Positions 9,898 to 19,483 of a stretch of 64,000 nt of DNA are shown here, in pieces. The notes under the pieces are model-generated. The model did not search any database and was not told the origin of the DNA. It worked only from the letters and a program-made list of their open reading frames with translations. The stretch lies in the sequence record NC_006883.2; one strand, 5' to 3'. A program made the position numbers and the translations under genes. Positions within the stretch are counted from its first letter, which is position 1; the number at the start of each line of letters is the position of its first letter.

Positions 9898-10578
9898 ATG
9901 AGTGATTATAATACTAGTTGTCCTTTTGGACCCCTGATATACAAAGCAAATATATCAGGGGATTTTCAAAATTTTCTTGTAGATGGTTTATCTGCTAGTA
10001 GGATGGGTGATGATGCTAGAAAACGTTTGGTTGGAAATATTGAAGGTCAACGTAGAGCTTTAAATTATGAGGAAGATAAATTTGTTAAATTTGTTGATCC
10101 TCATGTAGTGAACTATCTTGTAGAAAAGCATAAGAGACATAATGTAATAAAGGATACTTGTTCCAAACCTACTATAGAATGGAATTATGAATGTTCTAGA
10201 ATTGCATATGATTTAGATAAAGGACCTTGGATTAATTTTCAAAATTCTAATGAGTTTAATCCATTACATAATCATGCTGGTATAATTAGTGCTGTTATTT
10301 TTATAGACATACCTGAAGAAATTTCTAAAGAAAGGGAAGAATCTACATTTAACGCAAAAGTTAATGGATGTTTAGAGTTTGTTTATATGAATCAGCATAT
10401 AATACTTAATCCTGAATCTGCTACTTTACTTTTATTTCCTGCATATCTATGGCATACTGTTTATCCCTACCACAGCGATGTTGAGAGAATAACAATGTCA
10501 TTTAATGTGCATAATTTAACTATTGATGATTACCCAGTACCAGGAAATGATGACATTATTTTCTACCAAGATACTTGA
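9898..10578 (+). CDS. 2OG-Fe(II) oxygenase-like protein
   Basis: EFNPLHNH, LFPAYLWHTVYP, RITMSFN. Confidence 0.8.
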   Translation: MSDYNTSCPFGPLIYKANISGDFQNFLVDGLSASRMGDDARKRLVGNIEGQRRALNYEEDKFVKFVDPHVVNYLVEKHKRHNVIKDTCSKPTIEWNYECSRIAYDLDKGPWINFQNSNEFNPLHNHAGIISAVIFIDIPEEISKEREESTFNAKVNGCLEFVYMNQHIILNPESATLLLFPAYLWHTVYPYHSDVERITMSFNVHNLTIDDYPVPGNDDIIFYQDT

Positions 10579-10603
10579 CTAAAACCTTTTACTTTGATAT
10601 AAT
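10575..10603 (+). promoter_or_regulatory. sigma70-type early promoter
   Basis: TTGACT-N17-TATAAT. Confidence 0.75.
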
Positions 10604-10609
10604 GCAACT

Positions 10610-11272
10610 ATGAATGCTTGGGCTTTACTTTACGATGAACTTTATGGAGATGAGAAGATGACAGATGATAATAGAGTCACCCCACAAGAGAGTGATGAAT
10701 ATGATCCAAAACCAAAATCAGATGTAGAAGATTCTGATTGGAATGATCCTGTAATAAGTGCTGGAGATTCAATTAATATAGGTGGTGGTGTTGATTTCGA
10801 TTATGGTGGTTTCACTTTAAGTGATGATTATCTTGTAGGAGTTTCAACAGCATCAGCAGATACATCAGCGTATTTTGTTGATACTAGTGACTATGAGGTG
10901 ACTATTGACACCTCTAATTTTGATACTGTTACCTTTGGTGGTGAAGATTCTCCAACACCAGGAATAGAATCAAATAATCCTAGAAAATATAAAGAGGATG
11001 AAGCTATCAAAGCCCTTCAGGATTATATCTCTACCACTTATGGTGGACACTATACTTCCAAAGAAAACAATGTCCAAACACTTGATCTTATTGAATCTGT
11101 AGGAGATGCTGAATCATTCTGTAGATCTAATGCAATCAAATATCTAAGTCGCTATGATAAGAAGGGACAAGCAAAACGTGATATACTAAAAGCACTACAC
11201 TATTCACTCCTACTTTATCACTTCAGTGGGCAACTAAAAGAGACAACTACCCGTGGTTATGAAACTTTCTGA
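10610..11272 (+). CDS. hypothetical protein with C-terminal DUF3310-like domain
   Basis: GGHY...NAIKYLSRYDKKG...DILKALHY motif after an acidic N-terminus. Confidence 0.7.
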   Translation: MNAWALLYDELYGDEKMTDDNRVTPQESDEYDPKPKSDVEDSDWNDPVISAGDSINIGGGVDFDYGGFTLSDDYLVGVSTASADTSAYFVDTSDYEVTIDTSNFDTVTFGGEDSPTPGIESNNPRKYKEDEAIKALQDYISTTYGGHYTSKENNVQTLDLIESVGDAESFCRSNAIKYLSRYDKKGQAKRDILKALHYSLLLYHFSGQLKETTTRGYETF

Positions 11273-11924
11273 AAAAACTTTAACAGTTCTAAAAAACTTT
11301 GCTGGAATTAACAATTCTATTCTTGTAAAAGAAGGCAATCAACTTCGCACTATTTCTGTTGCTAAGAACATTCTAGCAGAGGCAAATATAGATGAAGAGT
11401 TTCCTAGACAATTTGGTGTATATGATTTAAATCAATTTCTTAATGGATTGAGTTTACATCAAGATCCTGATTTGGATTTTACTGAAGAATCATATCTTAA
11501 TATTCGTGAAGGTAAGCGTAGAGTAAAATACTTCTTTGCCGATCCCCAAGTTATTATTTCTCCACCAGACAAGCAGATTACTTTACCATCTGAGGATGTA
11601 CATTTTCAATTAGAGAGTAGTGCTTTGGATAAGTTACTCAAAGCAGCAGCAGTATATCAATTACCAGATCTTTGTGTTGTTGGTGAAGCAGGTGCAGTTA
11701 GACTTGTTGTTCGTGATAAAAAGAATGATACTTCAAATAGTTATTCTGTTGCTGTAGGAGAAACTGATAAGGAGTTTAGTTTCAATTTTAAGGTGGAGAA
11801 TATTAAAATTATTCCTGGTTCTTATGACGTTGTAGTATCTTCTAAGTTACTTTCCGAGTTTACTAATAGTAACTATAACTTAAAGTATTATATTGCTTTA
11901 GAACCTGATTCTACTTTTGGATAA
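11259..11924 (+). CDS. gp45: DNA polymerase sliding clamp gp45
   Basis: MKLSEKTL..LKNFAGINNSI, YDLNQFL, YYIALE. Confidence 0.95.
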   Translation: MKLSEKTLTVLKNFAGINNSILVKEGNQLRTISVAKNILAEANIDEEFPRQFGVYDLNQFLNGLSLHQDPDLDFTEESYLNIREGKRRVKYFFADPQVIISPPDKQITLPSEDVHFQLESSALDKLLKAAAVYQLPDLCVVGEAGAVRLVVRDKKNDTSNSYSVAVGETDKEFSFNFKVENIKIIPGSYDVVVSSKLLSEFTNSNYNLKYYIALEPDSTFG

Positions 11925-11926
11925 TC

Positions 11927-12079
11927 ATGGCAAATTGGGAAGTAACATATAGATTACCTACCACAGGAACCAAATATCATAAGGCTATTGTGCAAGCAGA
12001 TAACCAAGTTTATGCTGGTAAAATATTTGATGCACAATATCCTACTGCTAAAAGATGTGGTAATGCTAGGAGATTATGA
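11927..12079 (+). CDS. small hypothetical protein (50 aa, not in ORF track)
   Basis: MANWEVTYRLP... fills the gap, ATGA overlap with next gene. Confidence 0.6.
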   Translation: MANWEVTYRLPTTGTKYHKAIVQADNQVYAGKIFDAQYPTAKRCGNARRL

Positions 12080-12660
12080 ACAAGGATCTTGTTTGGACTC
12101 ATAAACTTCAATGTCATTCTGATATAAAATCTAATATCTTAGGTCTTATTGATGAATATGAACAAAATGGTGATTGCCCAGATGCAGTTACTAAAACTGA
12201 TTTTTATGATGATACATTAAAATCTTTGCCAAATTATTTTAACGTATTAGGGCAAAATGCGGATTTATTATGGCAAGATATTTGTAATAAGTATTGGGTT
12301 TCTGATTTTAATGTAATTAGTTCTTGGTTTCAACAATATTATTGTAAAGATTTTCACGGATGGCATATACATCCAAATTCTAATATTTCTATATCTTATT
12401 TTTTAGAATTGCCTGATAGTAAATACAGCACGGAATTTATTGATACTGAAACAAATAGTATATTTCAATCTAATGTTGAAGAAGGAGATGTTATAATATT
12501 TCCATCACATATAATACATCGTTCTCCACTTATTACAGATAGTAATGTTAGAAAAACTACCATTGCTATTAATTTAAATCTGGGTGATGTTAATACAAAT
12601 TTGATTAATCCAATCGATCCTATTTTTGAAGGAACAATTAATGAAAAAAATACAAATTGA
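12076..12660 (+). CDS. 2OG-Fe(II) oxygenase-like protein
   Basis: HGWHIH, EGDVIIFPSHIIHRS, RKTTIAIN. Confidence 0.8.
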   Translation: MNKDLVWTHKLQCHSDIKSNILGLIDEYEQNGDCPDAVTKTDFYDDTLKSLPNYFNVLGQNADLLWQDICNKYWVSDFNVISSWFQQYYCKDFHGWHIHPNSNISISYFLELPDSKYSTEFIDTETNSIFQSNVEEGDVIIFPSHIIHRSPLITDSNVRKTTIAINLNLGDVNTNLINPIDPIFEGTINEKNTN

Positions 12661-13198
12661 TGATTGTATTTGTCATAGTAAGATAAAAAATCATTTTCAA
12701 ATCAGGGATAAAATTTTATCTGAAATTGATAAGTGTAATGATAATAGTGTATATTTTGATAACGTTCCAGAGGATGTCATTGCCGATAGTATTTCAAAAT
12801 TAGATTGGGACAATTCTGGAGATGAAGAAAGACCTTGGCTTAAAATATTTTTACCAGAATTTTGTGAGGATATAAAAGAAATATTTTCTAGTATGTGCTA
12901 TACTGGAATTAATATAAAACAAGTGTGGTATCAACAATACTTAGAAGGTGATACTCATGGATGGCATATTCATGGACATCACTTTACTGGTGTTTATTAT
13001 CTTGAGTATCCTGAAGGGTGTTCTAAGACGGGGGTTTGTTCTCCTTTTACTTTAAAGGAAAGGCAAATGGATACTGTTGAAGGAGATCTTATAGTATTTC
13101 CTGCACATTATATCCATCGTGGATTGCCTAATAGTAATATTAGGAAAACTATTGTATCTTTTAATTTTGATGTAGTTGGTAATTTAAAACCAAACTGA
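12641..13198 (+). CDS. 2OG-Fe(II) oxygenase-like protein
   Basis: HGWHIH, EGDLIVFPAHYIHRG, RKTIVSFN; tandem paralog of previous gene. Confidence 0.8.
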   Translation: MKKIQIDDCICHSKIKNHFQIRDKILSEIDKCNDNSVYFDNVPEDVIADSISKLDWDNSGDEERPWLKIFLPEFCEDIKEIFSSMCYTGINIKQVWYQQYLEGDTHGWHIHGHHFTGVYYLEYPEGCSKTGVCSPFTLKERQMDTVEGDLIVFPAHYIHRGLPNSNIRKTIVSFNFDVVGNLKPN

Positions 13199-13211
13199 AC
13201 TATTTTAAATC

Positions 13212-14153
13212 ATGAGTGACTTTATTTGGGTTGAGAAATATCGCCCACAGACAATTGAAGAATGTATCTTACCTGAAAGCACAAAGAAAATGTTTCAGGA
13301 TTTTTTATCTAAGGGTGAGATTCCTAATATGCTTCTTTCTGGACCACCTGGTATTGGAAAGACTACTGTTGCTAAATGTTTATGTAACCAGTTAGGGGCA
13401 GATTATTATGTCATTAACGGATCGGATGAGGGGCGTTTTCTTGACACTGTTAGGAATAATGCCAAGAACTTTGCGTCTACGGTATCTCTCACGAGTGAGT
13501 CGAAGCACAAGGTTATCATCATCGATGAAGCAGACAATACCACTCCCGACGTACAACTCCTTCTCAGAGCGAGTATTGAGGAGTTCTCCAAAAACTGTAG
13601 ATTTATCTTCACCTGCAACTATAAGAATAAGATCATCGAACCACTCCATAGTCGTTGTGCTGTCGTTGAGTTTTCAGTAAATGGAAAAGAAAAACAAACA
13701 ATTGCCTCCCAGTTTTTTAAAAGAATTAACTACATATTGGAGCAAGAAAGGGTTGAGGCAGATAAGAAAGTTCTAGCAGAACTCATCAATAAGCACTTTC
13801 CTGATTGGAGAAGAGTTCTTAATGAGTGTCAAAGATACTCGGTGGGAGGTAAGATAGATAGTGGAATACTAGCTCACTTTAGTGATGTAAAGGTTAATGA
13901 TCTCATTAAAAACCTCAAAGCGAAGAACTTTTCGGAAGTACGTAAATGGTGTGTCAATAACTTGGACAATGATCCTAATGTTTTATTGCGTCGCCTTTAC
14001 GATAGTTTATACGAATCCCTTGTGCCTTCCACTATTCCTGCTGCCGTTCTTGTTATTGCGAAGTACCAGTACCAAATAGCATTTGTAGCAGATCAAGAGA
14101 TAAATATGCTTGCATGTTTAACTGAAATCATGGTGGAGTGTGAATTTAAATGA
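13212..14153 (+). CDS. gp44: clamp loader large subunit gp44
   Basis: WVEKYRP, GPPGIGKTT, IIDEAD, LHSRC. Confidence 0.95.
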   Translation: MSDFIWVEKYRPQTIEECILPESTKKMFQDFLSKGEIPNMLLSGPPGIGKTTVAKCLCNQLGADYYVINGSDEGRFLDTVRNNAKNFASTVSLTSESKHKVIIIDEADNTTPDVQLLLRASIEEFSKNCRFIFTCNYKNKIIEPLHSRCAVVEFSVNGKEKQTIASQFFKRINYILEQERVEADKKVLAELINKHFPDWRRVLNECQRYSVGGKIDSGILAHFSDVKVNDLIKNLKAKNFSEVRKWCVNNLDNDPNVLLRRLYDSLYESLVPSTIPAAVLVIAKYQYQIAFVADQEINMLACLTEIMVECEFK

Positions 14154-14275
14154 AGCAAACTAACCTTGAAGAAAAAATTAAAATCGCAGAGGAGCGAATT
14201 AGTGAATTGAACATCTTAATTACACAATGGAGAAAACAAAATGATGAACAGAGAAAAGGTACGGAATCAAGTTAA
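14150..14275 (+). CDS. small coiled-coil hypothetical protein (41 aa, not in ORF track)
   Basis: ATGA overlap with gp44 stop; MKQTNLEEKIKIAEERISEL. Confidence 0.4.
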   Translation: MKQTNLEEKIKIAEERISELNILITQWRKQNDEQRKGTESS

Positions 14276-14438
14276 GAGTAGATTTTATTATCTGTTCTGG
14301 GGAATAGCAACATTTTCTGTAGTAGCAGGTCAAGTATATGTTGGGGTTGGATATAGAACTTTTGCCAGATCATTGAATAGAATTTTTGATACTATTGAAG
14401 TTCAAGTTAGTGATGAATATGAACAGTTTTATTACTAA
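14241..14438 (+). CDS. small membrane protein
   Basis: Hydrophobic stretch FYYLFWGIATFSVVAG. Confidence 0.6.
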   Translation: MMNREKVRNQVKSRFYYLFWGIATFSVVAGQVYVGVGYRTFARSLNRIFDTIEVQVSDEYEQFYY

Positions 14439-14982
14439 ATTAAAAAATCCCAAAACAAAAGAATATAATATTCTAAAAAAAGAAATATTATCTATGCATT
14501 TTCCTTGGAATTATAGGGAATCTACTAATCCAGTTGATAATATTGATAGTAATGAATTTACACCAAATCCAGTTTATCAACACACTATTGTTGCTGGTGC
14601 TGATGTTAATCCAGAATTTTTAATTCCAGTTGTAGAATCTCAATATGCGGAACCTATGTTCTGTATAATTAGACAGATACTTGATTATAATAGGATTGAA
14701 TATACCCAAATTCATAGATGTGTTGTTAATCAACTTCATTATTGGGATGGTAAACCAAGTCCACCTCATTTAGATCATCATACATTTTTTCATAGAAATT
14801 GTTTAATTTATTTAAATTCGTTTGATAAAGGTGAAATATCTCTCTATGATGAGAATTGTGAACTTATGGAATCATATAAACCATATGAAGACGATATTGT
14901 AATCTTTGATGGATACAATCATTCAGTTAATCAATGTGAACCTATGCAAAGAAGAGTGGTTATTGTTTTTACATACTCATGA
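14413..14982 (+). CDS. 2OG-Fe(II) oxygenase-like protein
   Basis: PHLDH, IVIFDGYNH, RRVVIVFT. Confidence 0.75.
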   Translation: MNMNSFITKLKNPKTKEYNILKKEILSMHFPWNYRESTNPVDNIDSNEFTPNPVYQHTIVAGADVNPEFLIPVVESQYAEPMFCIIRQILDYNRIEYTQIHRCVVNQLHYWDGKPSPPHLDHHTFFHRNCLIYLNSFDKGEISLYDENCELMESYKPYEDDIVIFDGYNHSVNQCEPMQRRVVIVFTYS

Positions 14983-15191
14983 GAATAGAAACTAGAGAAG
15001 CAATGGAAATGTTGTTTTCTGCTAAGTGGAACTTGCCAAAAGCAGCAAAACACTGTAAACTATCACGTAAGGAAATGATGATTACCTTTAGTGAGTACTG
15101 TGCATTTCATCAACCAACTTACAATAAGTTTGAAACAGAACTTCAATTAGAATTAGATTATGAGCAAAAAGGGACTGAAAACCCCACTTAG
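14979..15191 (+). CDS. hypothetical protein
   Basis: 70 aa, ATGA overlap, possible HTH (WNLPKAAKHC). Confidence 0.6.
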   Translation: MRIETREAMEMLFSAKWNLPKAAKHCKLSRKEMMITFSEYCAFHQPTYNKFETELQLELDYEQKGTENPT

Positions 15192-16020
15192 ATATCCTGG
15201 TGGTAAATCTCGTGCCTGTACTAAGATGGGAGAATACTTTCCCGATCTTAGAGAGTATGTAGAATTTCGTGAACCCTTTCTAGGTGGTGGAAGTGTTGCG
15301 ATACATGTTAGTAAGTTATATCCACATCTAAAGATTACTGTTAATGATCTTTATGAACCTTTAATAAACTTCTGGATGAATCTCCAGATGTTTGGTGATG
15401 AATTATCTACCAATCTAAAGAACCTTAAAATTGCTCATCCTAATCAAGATTCTGCAAGATGTTTATTTGCAGAGATGAAAGATGTTATTAACGATAGTAC
15501 ACAGACTAATCTTGATAGGGCAGTTGCTTTTTATGTTGTTAATAAGTGTAGTTTCTCAGGTCTTACTGAATCATCTTCTTTCTCAGCACAAGCAAGTGAT
15601 TCTAACTTCTCTATGAGAGGTATTGAAAAGTTACCAGAGTATTCTGAGATCATTTCACACTGGCATATCAATTCATATTCTTATGAATATTGTTTCAGAA
15701 CAGATATTCATGATGGATTGTTTATGTACTTAGATCCTCCATATGACATAAAGGATAACCTCTATGGAAAGAGTGGAGCGATGCACAAAAGTTTTGATCA
15801 CGACAAATTTGCTGCTGATTGTGACGAGCATAACAATATTAATATGCTAATTAGTTACAACTCTGATCAGTTGGTCAAAGATAGATTCAAAAACTGGAGT
15901 GCTAGTGAGTTTAAATTAACTTACACAATGCGTTCAGTTGGAGAATATATGAGAGAGCAACAAGAAAGAAAAGAGTTACTATTATTCAATTATAAATTAG
16001 GAGGACTTTTAGATGGATGA
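15160..16020 (+). CDS. dam: DNA adenine methyltransferase (Dam/D12 family)
   Basis: YPGGKSR, EPFLGGGSV, YLDPPY. Confidence 0.92.
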   Translation: MSKKGLKTPLRYPGGKSRACTKMGEYFPDLREYVEFREPFLGGGSVAIHVSKLYPHLKITVNDLYEPLINFWMNLQMFGDELSTNLKNLKIAHPNQDSARCLFAEMKDVINDSTQTNLDRAVAFYVVNKCSFSGLTESSSFSAQASDSNFSMRGIEKLPEYSEIISHWHINSYSYEYCFRTDIHDGLFMYLDPPYDIKDNLYGKSGAMHKSFDHDKFAADCDEHNNINMLISYNSDQLVKDRFKNWSASEFKLTYTMRSVGEYMREQQERKELLLFNYKLGGLLDG

Positions 16021-16189
16021 GGAACATTACCACTTAAATGATCTATATGAAGATATGGATCGCCTTAACGCTTTGTATGAAGAACTAATGTGGCCTCATG
16101 ATGCTCCACTTGATTTCTCTGCCGATTATGAAAATAATCGTATTATAATCTCAGTAAGAGATCTAGATTTAAAACGACCTGCTTTATAA
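16013..16189 (+). CDS. small acidic hypothetical protein (58 aa, not in ORF track)
   Basis: GGAGG SD then MDEEHYHLNDLYEDM... Confidence 0.6.
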   Translation: MDEEHYHLNDLYEDMDRLNALYEELMWPHDAPLDFSADYENNRIIISVRDLDLKRPAL

Positions 16190-16191
16190 AA

Positions 16192-16494
16192 ATGATTTTT
16201 CTATCAAAACCATCTGTATATAACTTACCAGGAACATGGGAGAAACAACCTATGATTCAGCATCTTAATCTATCACCAGAACAAGGATTTATTTTATTCT
16301 TTGGTTTACTTCTTTTTGGTTTAGTAGGATGGGGATTATATCTTACTGTAGGAGCAGGAAAGAAGGAATTGAGAGATCCTATTGATGAACACGCTAAAAT
16401 GCACGAACTAGGAATTGCTCACGGTCACGGTGGAAATAAGGAGGCATATGAGATGTCTGGAAAGTTAAAGCACAACCACGATGACGCTGAATGA
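16192..16494 (+). CDS. psbN: PsbN-like membrane protein
   Basis: TM helix followed by GAGKKELRDPIDEH, resembling the PsbN C-terminal ..KELRDPFEEH. Confidence 0.6.
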   Translation: MIFLSKPSVYNLPGTWEKQPMIQHLNLSPEQGFILFFGLLLFGLVGWGLYLTVGAGKKELRDPIDEHAKMHELGIAHGHGGNKEAYEMSGKLKHNHDDAE

Positions 16495-16630
16495 TCATAT
16501 AGGTAAACCAAGGAAAGATTGGACTGATGAGCAGTGGTTACAACACGCTCAAATAATGGTTCATTCTCCTTGGATTAGTCAAGATGATCGAGAATACTGG
16601 GTAGATAAGATTAAAGAAAAAAGAAAGTGA
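16481..16630 (+). CDS. small hypothetical protein (49 aa, not in ORF track)
   Basis: MTLNDHIGKPRKDWTDEQWL... fills the gap. Confidence 0.5.
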   Translation: MTLNDHIGKPRKDWTDEQWLQHAQIMVHSPWISQDDREYWVDKIKEKRK

Positions 16631-17223
16631 TGAATAGTCCTAATACCAAATTGAGTGATCTTATACATGTTGTAAATGGTATTATTCCATCAAATATTTG
16701 TGAAGATGTTATTGAAGAAATAGAAAGGAGAGATTGGAGTCCACATCAATGGTATAATCCAACCTCAGATTCTTCCCTTTCAAAACCAAAAAAAGAACTT
16801 GATGTTCAACATATAACACCTGAATTGCAGGAGATATTAACTCCTTTTGTGATAGAGTCTGGTAGAGAATATAATAACAAATATGCATATCAACATCCAT
16901 CTTGTTATATAAACACAAGATCGATAATGGATAATTTTTGTCAAATTCGTTTTAATAGGTATAGTGGGGATCAAATTATGCATCAACATATAGATCATAT
17001 CTATTCTCTTTTTGATGGGACAAATAAAGGAATACCAGTTTTAAGTTTTATTTTGAATTTTAATGATGATTATGAAGGTGCTAATTTATTTTTTTGGGAA
17101 GATACTATAGTTAAATTGGGTAAGGGTGATATTATTATGTTCCCTTCTAATTTTTTGTTTCCACACGGAGTAACTGAAGCAAAAAAAGGAATACGTTACT
17201 CAGGGGTTTGTTGGGGTTGGTAA
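16627..17223 (+). CDS. 2OG-Fe(II) oxygenase (prolyl-hydroxylase-like)
   Basis: HID, YEGANL, FPSNFLFPHGV, RYS. Confidence 0.85.
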   Translation: MMNSPNTKLSDLIHVVNGIIPSNICEDVIEEIERRDWSPHQWYNPTSDSSLSKPKKELDVQHITPELQEILTPFVIESGREYNNKYAYQHPSCYINTRSIMDNFCQIRFNRYSGDQIMHQHIDHIYSLFDGTNKGIPVLSFILNFNDDYEGANLFFWEDTIVKLGKGDIIMFPSNFLFPHGVTEAKKGIRYSGVCWGW

Positions 17224-17230
17224 TTTAATT

Positions 17231-17719
17231 ATGTTTTATGTTGAGGTATATGATAATTTCTTTACTGAAGAATTACATATGGAAATATTTAATAAGTTGA
17301 TGGAACCAAAGTGGCAATTAACTGGCGGTTCTCCTAATAATAAATTCTGGCATATTGAGGATCTTCATGATGAAGAATATTTTAATACGTATCTTTTTGA
17401 TATTATAAAGAAAAAAATAGGCGAAGATTTTACTTATGAGAGAATATATGCAAATGGTCAAACTGCAGGTCAATGTGGAACACCTCATAAAGATGAAGGT
17501 GATTTAACCTTTTTATATTATCCATCACCAATATGGGATGTTACTTGGGAGGGTCATTTGGCATTTTTGGATGAAGATTGTAAGTATGTTAAGATGATTC
17601 CTCATGCAGCAAATAGGGCTGTTTTATTTGATGCTAATGTTACTCACTATGCAAATGCACCGTCTAGGTTTTTTAATGATCTTAGAATTTCATTAGCATA
17701 TAAACTATGGAAAAAATAA
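17231..17719 (+). CDS. 2OG-Fe(II) oxygenase-like protein
   Basis: PHKD, NRAVLFDANVTH, RISLAYK. Confidence 0.8.
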   Translation: MFYVEVYDNFFTEELHMEIFNKLMEPKWQLTGGSPNNKFWHIEDLHDEEYFNTYLFDIIKKKIGEDFTYERIYANGQTAGQCGTPHKDEGDLTFLYYPSPIWDVTWEGHLAFLDEDCKYVKMIPHAANRAVLFDANVTHYANAPSRFFNDLRISLAYKLWKK

Positions 17720-17828
17720 TTTTTCTTTCTATAATATTTTTTGAAGAGTTTGTCAAAAGAACTCTTATTGGTGTATACTATATGTGGCAGAAGTTTGATT
17801 ACTGGAACTTCAATAGAAAATTACCTAA

Positions 17829-17993
17829 ATGAAAAAAGCATGGAGGATATGGAAGTATGCGTTGGGTAGCTTCTCTGACGAAAAAACTAAACGATACGAC
17901 AACTACATTGTTCTGGTACGTTCTGTTATTTTCGTATCTTATCTCATCACTAACTGTTTTATTATTGCAGGGGTCATAAGACATTGGAATTAA
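17829..17993 (+). CDS. small membrane protein (54 aa, not in ORF track)
   Basis: MKKAWRIWKYALGSFSD...TNCFIIAGVIRHWN, co-oriented with neighbours. Confidence 0.65.
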   Translation: MKKAWRIWKYALGSFSDEKTKRYDNYIVLVRSVIFVSYLITNCFIIAGVIRHWN

Positions 17994-18364
17994 AAGACTG
18001 GTTGAACTCAATCAACCTAACAAAAAAGAATTTGATTGATGAAGATCCATCCATAGAAAAGGAGTATGCTCCTTATATAATTAACCGCATTTATTCAGGT
18101 CATCTTGATTCTGTGATGTTTGCAAATGAAATGAATAAGTATTCCTTTCTATCAAAGAAGATTCAATATGATTTTTATCTAAATAGTTTACGATCTAAGA
18201 AGAGGTTCTCTCCTTGGCTCAGAAAAGATAAGATTAAAGATCTTGATTATGTAAAACGTTACTATGGTTATAGTAATGAAAAGGCACAACAAGCATTGAA
18301 AATCCTAACTAAAGAACAACTTAATTTTATAAGATTAAAATTTGAAACTGGAGGAAAGCAATGA
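17984..18364 (+). CDS. gp62: clamp loader small subunit gp62
   Basis: YAPYIINR, QYDFY, YYGYSNEKA; TTG start. Confidence 0.9.
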   Translation: MELKDWLNSINLTKKNLIDEDPSIEKEYAPYIINRIYSGHLDSVMFANEMNKYSFLSKKIQYDFYLNSLRSKKRFSPWLRKDKIKDLDYVKRYYGYSNEKAQQALKILTKEQLNFIRLKFETGGKQ

Positions 18365-18804
18365 GTGTGGTTAAAGAACCCGAAGTGAGTTGGTCGCAAG
18401 ATCAAATGGTAGAAGTGACTCTAAATGAGCCAGATGACTTCCTAAAGGTAAGAGAAACCCTTACAAGAATTGGTGTAGCATCAAGAAAAGAAAAGAAGAT
18501 ATATCAATCTTGTCATATACTTCATAAGCAAGGAAGATATTTTCTTGTCCACTTTAAAGAATTATTTGCCTTAGATGGGAAACACGCTAACCTTACTTCT
18601 AACGACGTTCAGCGTCGCAACCGTATTGCTCAGCTCCTTGCTGATTGGGGATTGGTTGGTATCGTAGATACTGATAGGATACAGGACATTGCTCCACTTA
18701 ATCAGATAAAGGTTTTATCTTATAAAGATAAAGGAGATTGGATTTTAGAAACTAAGTATAATATTGGTGCAAAGAAAAAGAAAGTAGAGGAAGGGGGGAC
18801 TTGA
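18361..18804 (+). CDS. regA: translational repressor RegA
   Basis: DDFLKVRETLTRIG, HILHKQGRY, VHFKELF. Confidence 0.95.
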   Translation: MSVVKEPEVSWSQDQMVEVTLNEPDDFLKVRETLTRIGVASRKEKKIYQSCHILHKQGRYFLVHFKELFALDGKHANLTSNDVQRRNRIAQLLADWGLVGIVDTDRIQDIAPLNQIKVLSYKDKGDWILETKYNIGAKKKKVEEGGT

Positions 18805-18828
18805 CACCCTCTTTTTTTATGCTATAAT
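18801..18828 (+). promoter_or_regulatory. sigma70-type promoter upstream of ncRNA
   Basis: TTGACA-N16-TATAAT with TGn extension. Confidence 0.7.
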
Positions 18829-18854
18829 ATATTTGTTGAATCGACGGGTTCAAC

Positions 18855-19030
18855 GGGGAGTGACTGAATAAACTTTCTGGCATATAGCTGGTTAAGGTGA
18901 CGAGACACAGGTGGTGCTGCTACTCGCAAGAGTAGAATCGACTTACCAGTCGGGTCTCAGGCAAGGACGTAAAATTTACTACTGTAGTAATGCCCGTTCT
19001 TTGTTGGTAATACAGAAACCCAACCTCCCA
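18855..19030 (+). ncRNA. structured ncRNA, probably the manA RNA motif of cyanophages
   Basis: GC-elevated intergenic region; terminal GGGAG/CTCCC pairing, GAGAC/GTCTC stem, CTACTC-gcaa-GAGTAG GNRA hairpin. Family name is from recall, not a search. Confidence 0.6.
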
Positions 19031-19049
19031 CCCCAATATTTTTTTGATT

Positions 19050-19373
19050 ATGAGATTCAAAGCATTAGTTTTTGTTAGGTTAAGAGGATCTGTATCTGAT
19101 GCTGCTGGTAACGCAGTGATGAATAATGTAAAAATGGTTGCCCCTAAACTTAAACCACATTTGTTGAGGATAGGTAAGGCAATTGATTTTTGGTTTGATG
19201 CTGAGACTGAAGAGATAGCAAGAGAACAAATGGATCTTCTTTCTGATAGAATGCTTTCCAATACTGTGATAGAAGATTGGGAATATGAATTAGAGGAAAC
19301 CGAAGAAACTGGTATAGGAAATATATCAAATGATAATGCTGGTACATCAAAGCATCATCTATTTGGAGAATAA
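19050..19373 (+). CDS. purS: FGAM synthase subunit PurS
   Basis: VRLRGSVSDAAG..V, RIGKAI, LSNTVIEDW match the PurS pattern DPQG/RVGK/LANPVIEDY. Confidence 0.85.
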   Translation: MRFKALVFVRLRGSVSDAAGNAVMNNVKMVAPKLKPHLLRIGKAIDFWFDAETEEIAREQMDLLSDRMLSNTVIEDWEYELEETEETGIGNISNDNAGTSKHHLFGE

Positions 19374-19388
19374 CCGAATAAATAGGTA

Positions 19389-19411
19389 GGGGATACAACA
19401 TCCCCTTTTTT
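19389..19411 (+). terminator. rho-independent terminator
   Basis: GGGGAT-acaac-ATCCCC followed by T6. Confidence 0.75.
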
Positions 19412-19424
19412 AATGCTTTATGGT

Positions 19425-19483
19425 TAAATAGTAATGTACGCCTTCGGGGTACAAATTACACACTCGCTTATTTAAGGAGAACC
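19425..19483 (+). promoter_or_regulatory. late-type promoter and two-hairpin hsp20 leader (ROSE-like thermometer candidate)
   Basis: TAAATA; UUCG hairpin; CUCGCUU/AAGGAG stem over the SD. Confidence 0.55.

Noticed and set aside
17799-18011. Minus-strand 70 aa ORF
   Set aside because: A co-oriented plus-strand 54 aa membrane ORF (17829-17993) explains the region better
18920-19401. Minus-strand ORFs over the ncRNA and purS
   Set aside because: They overlap a structured RNA and a clear PurS, with no coding signal
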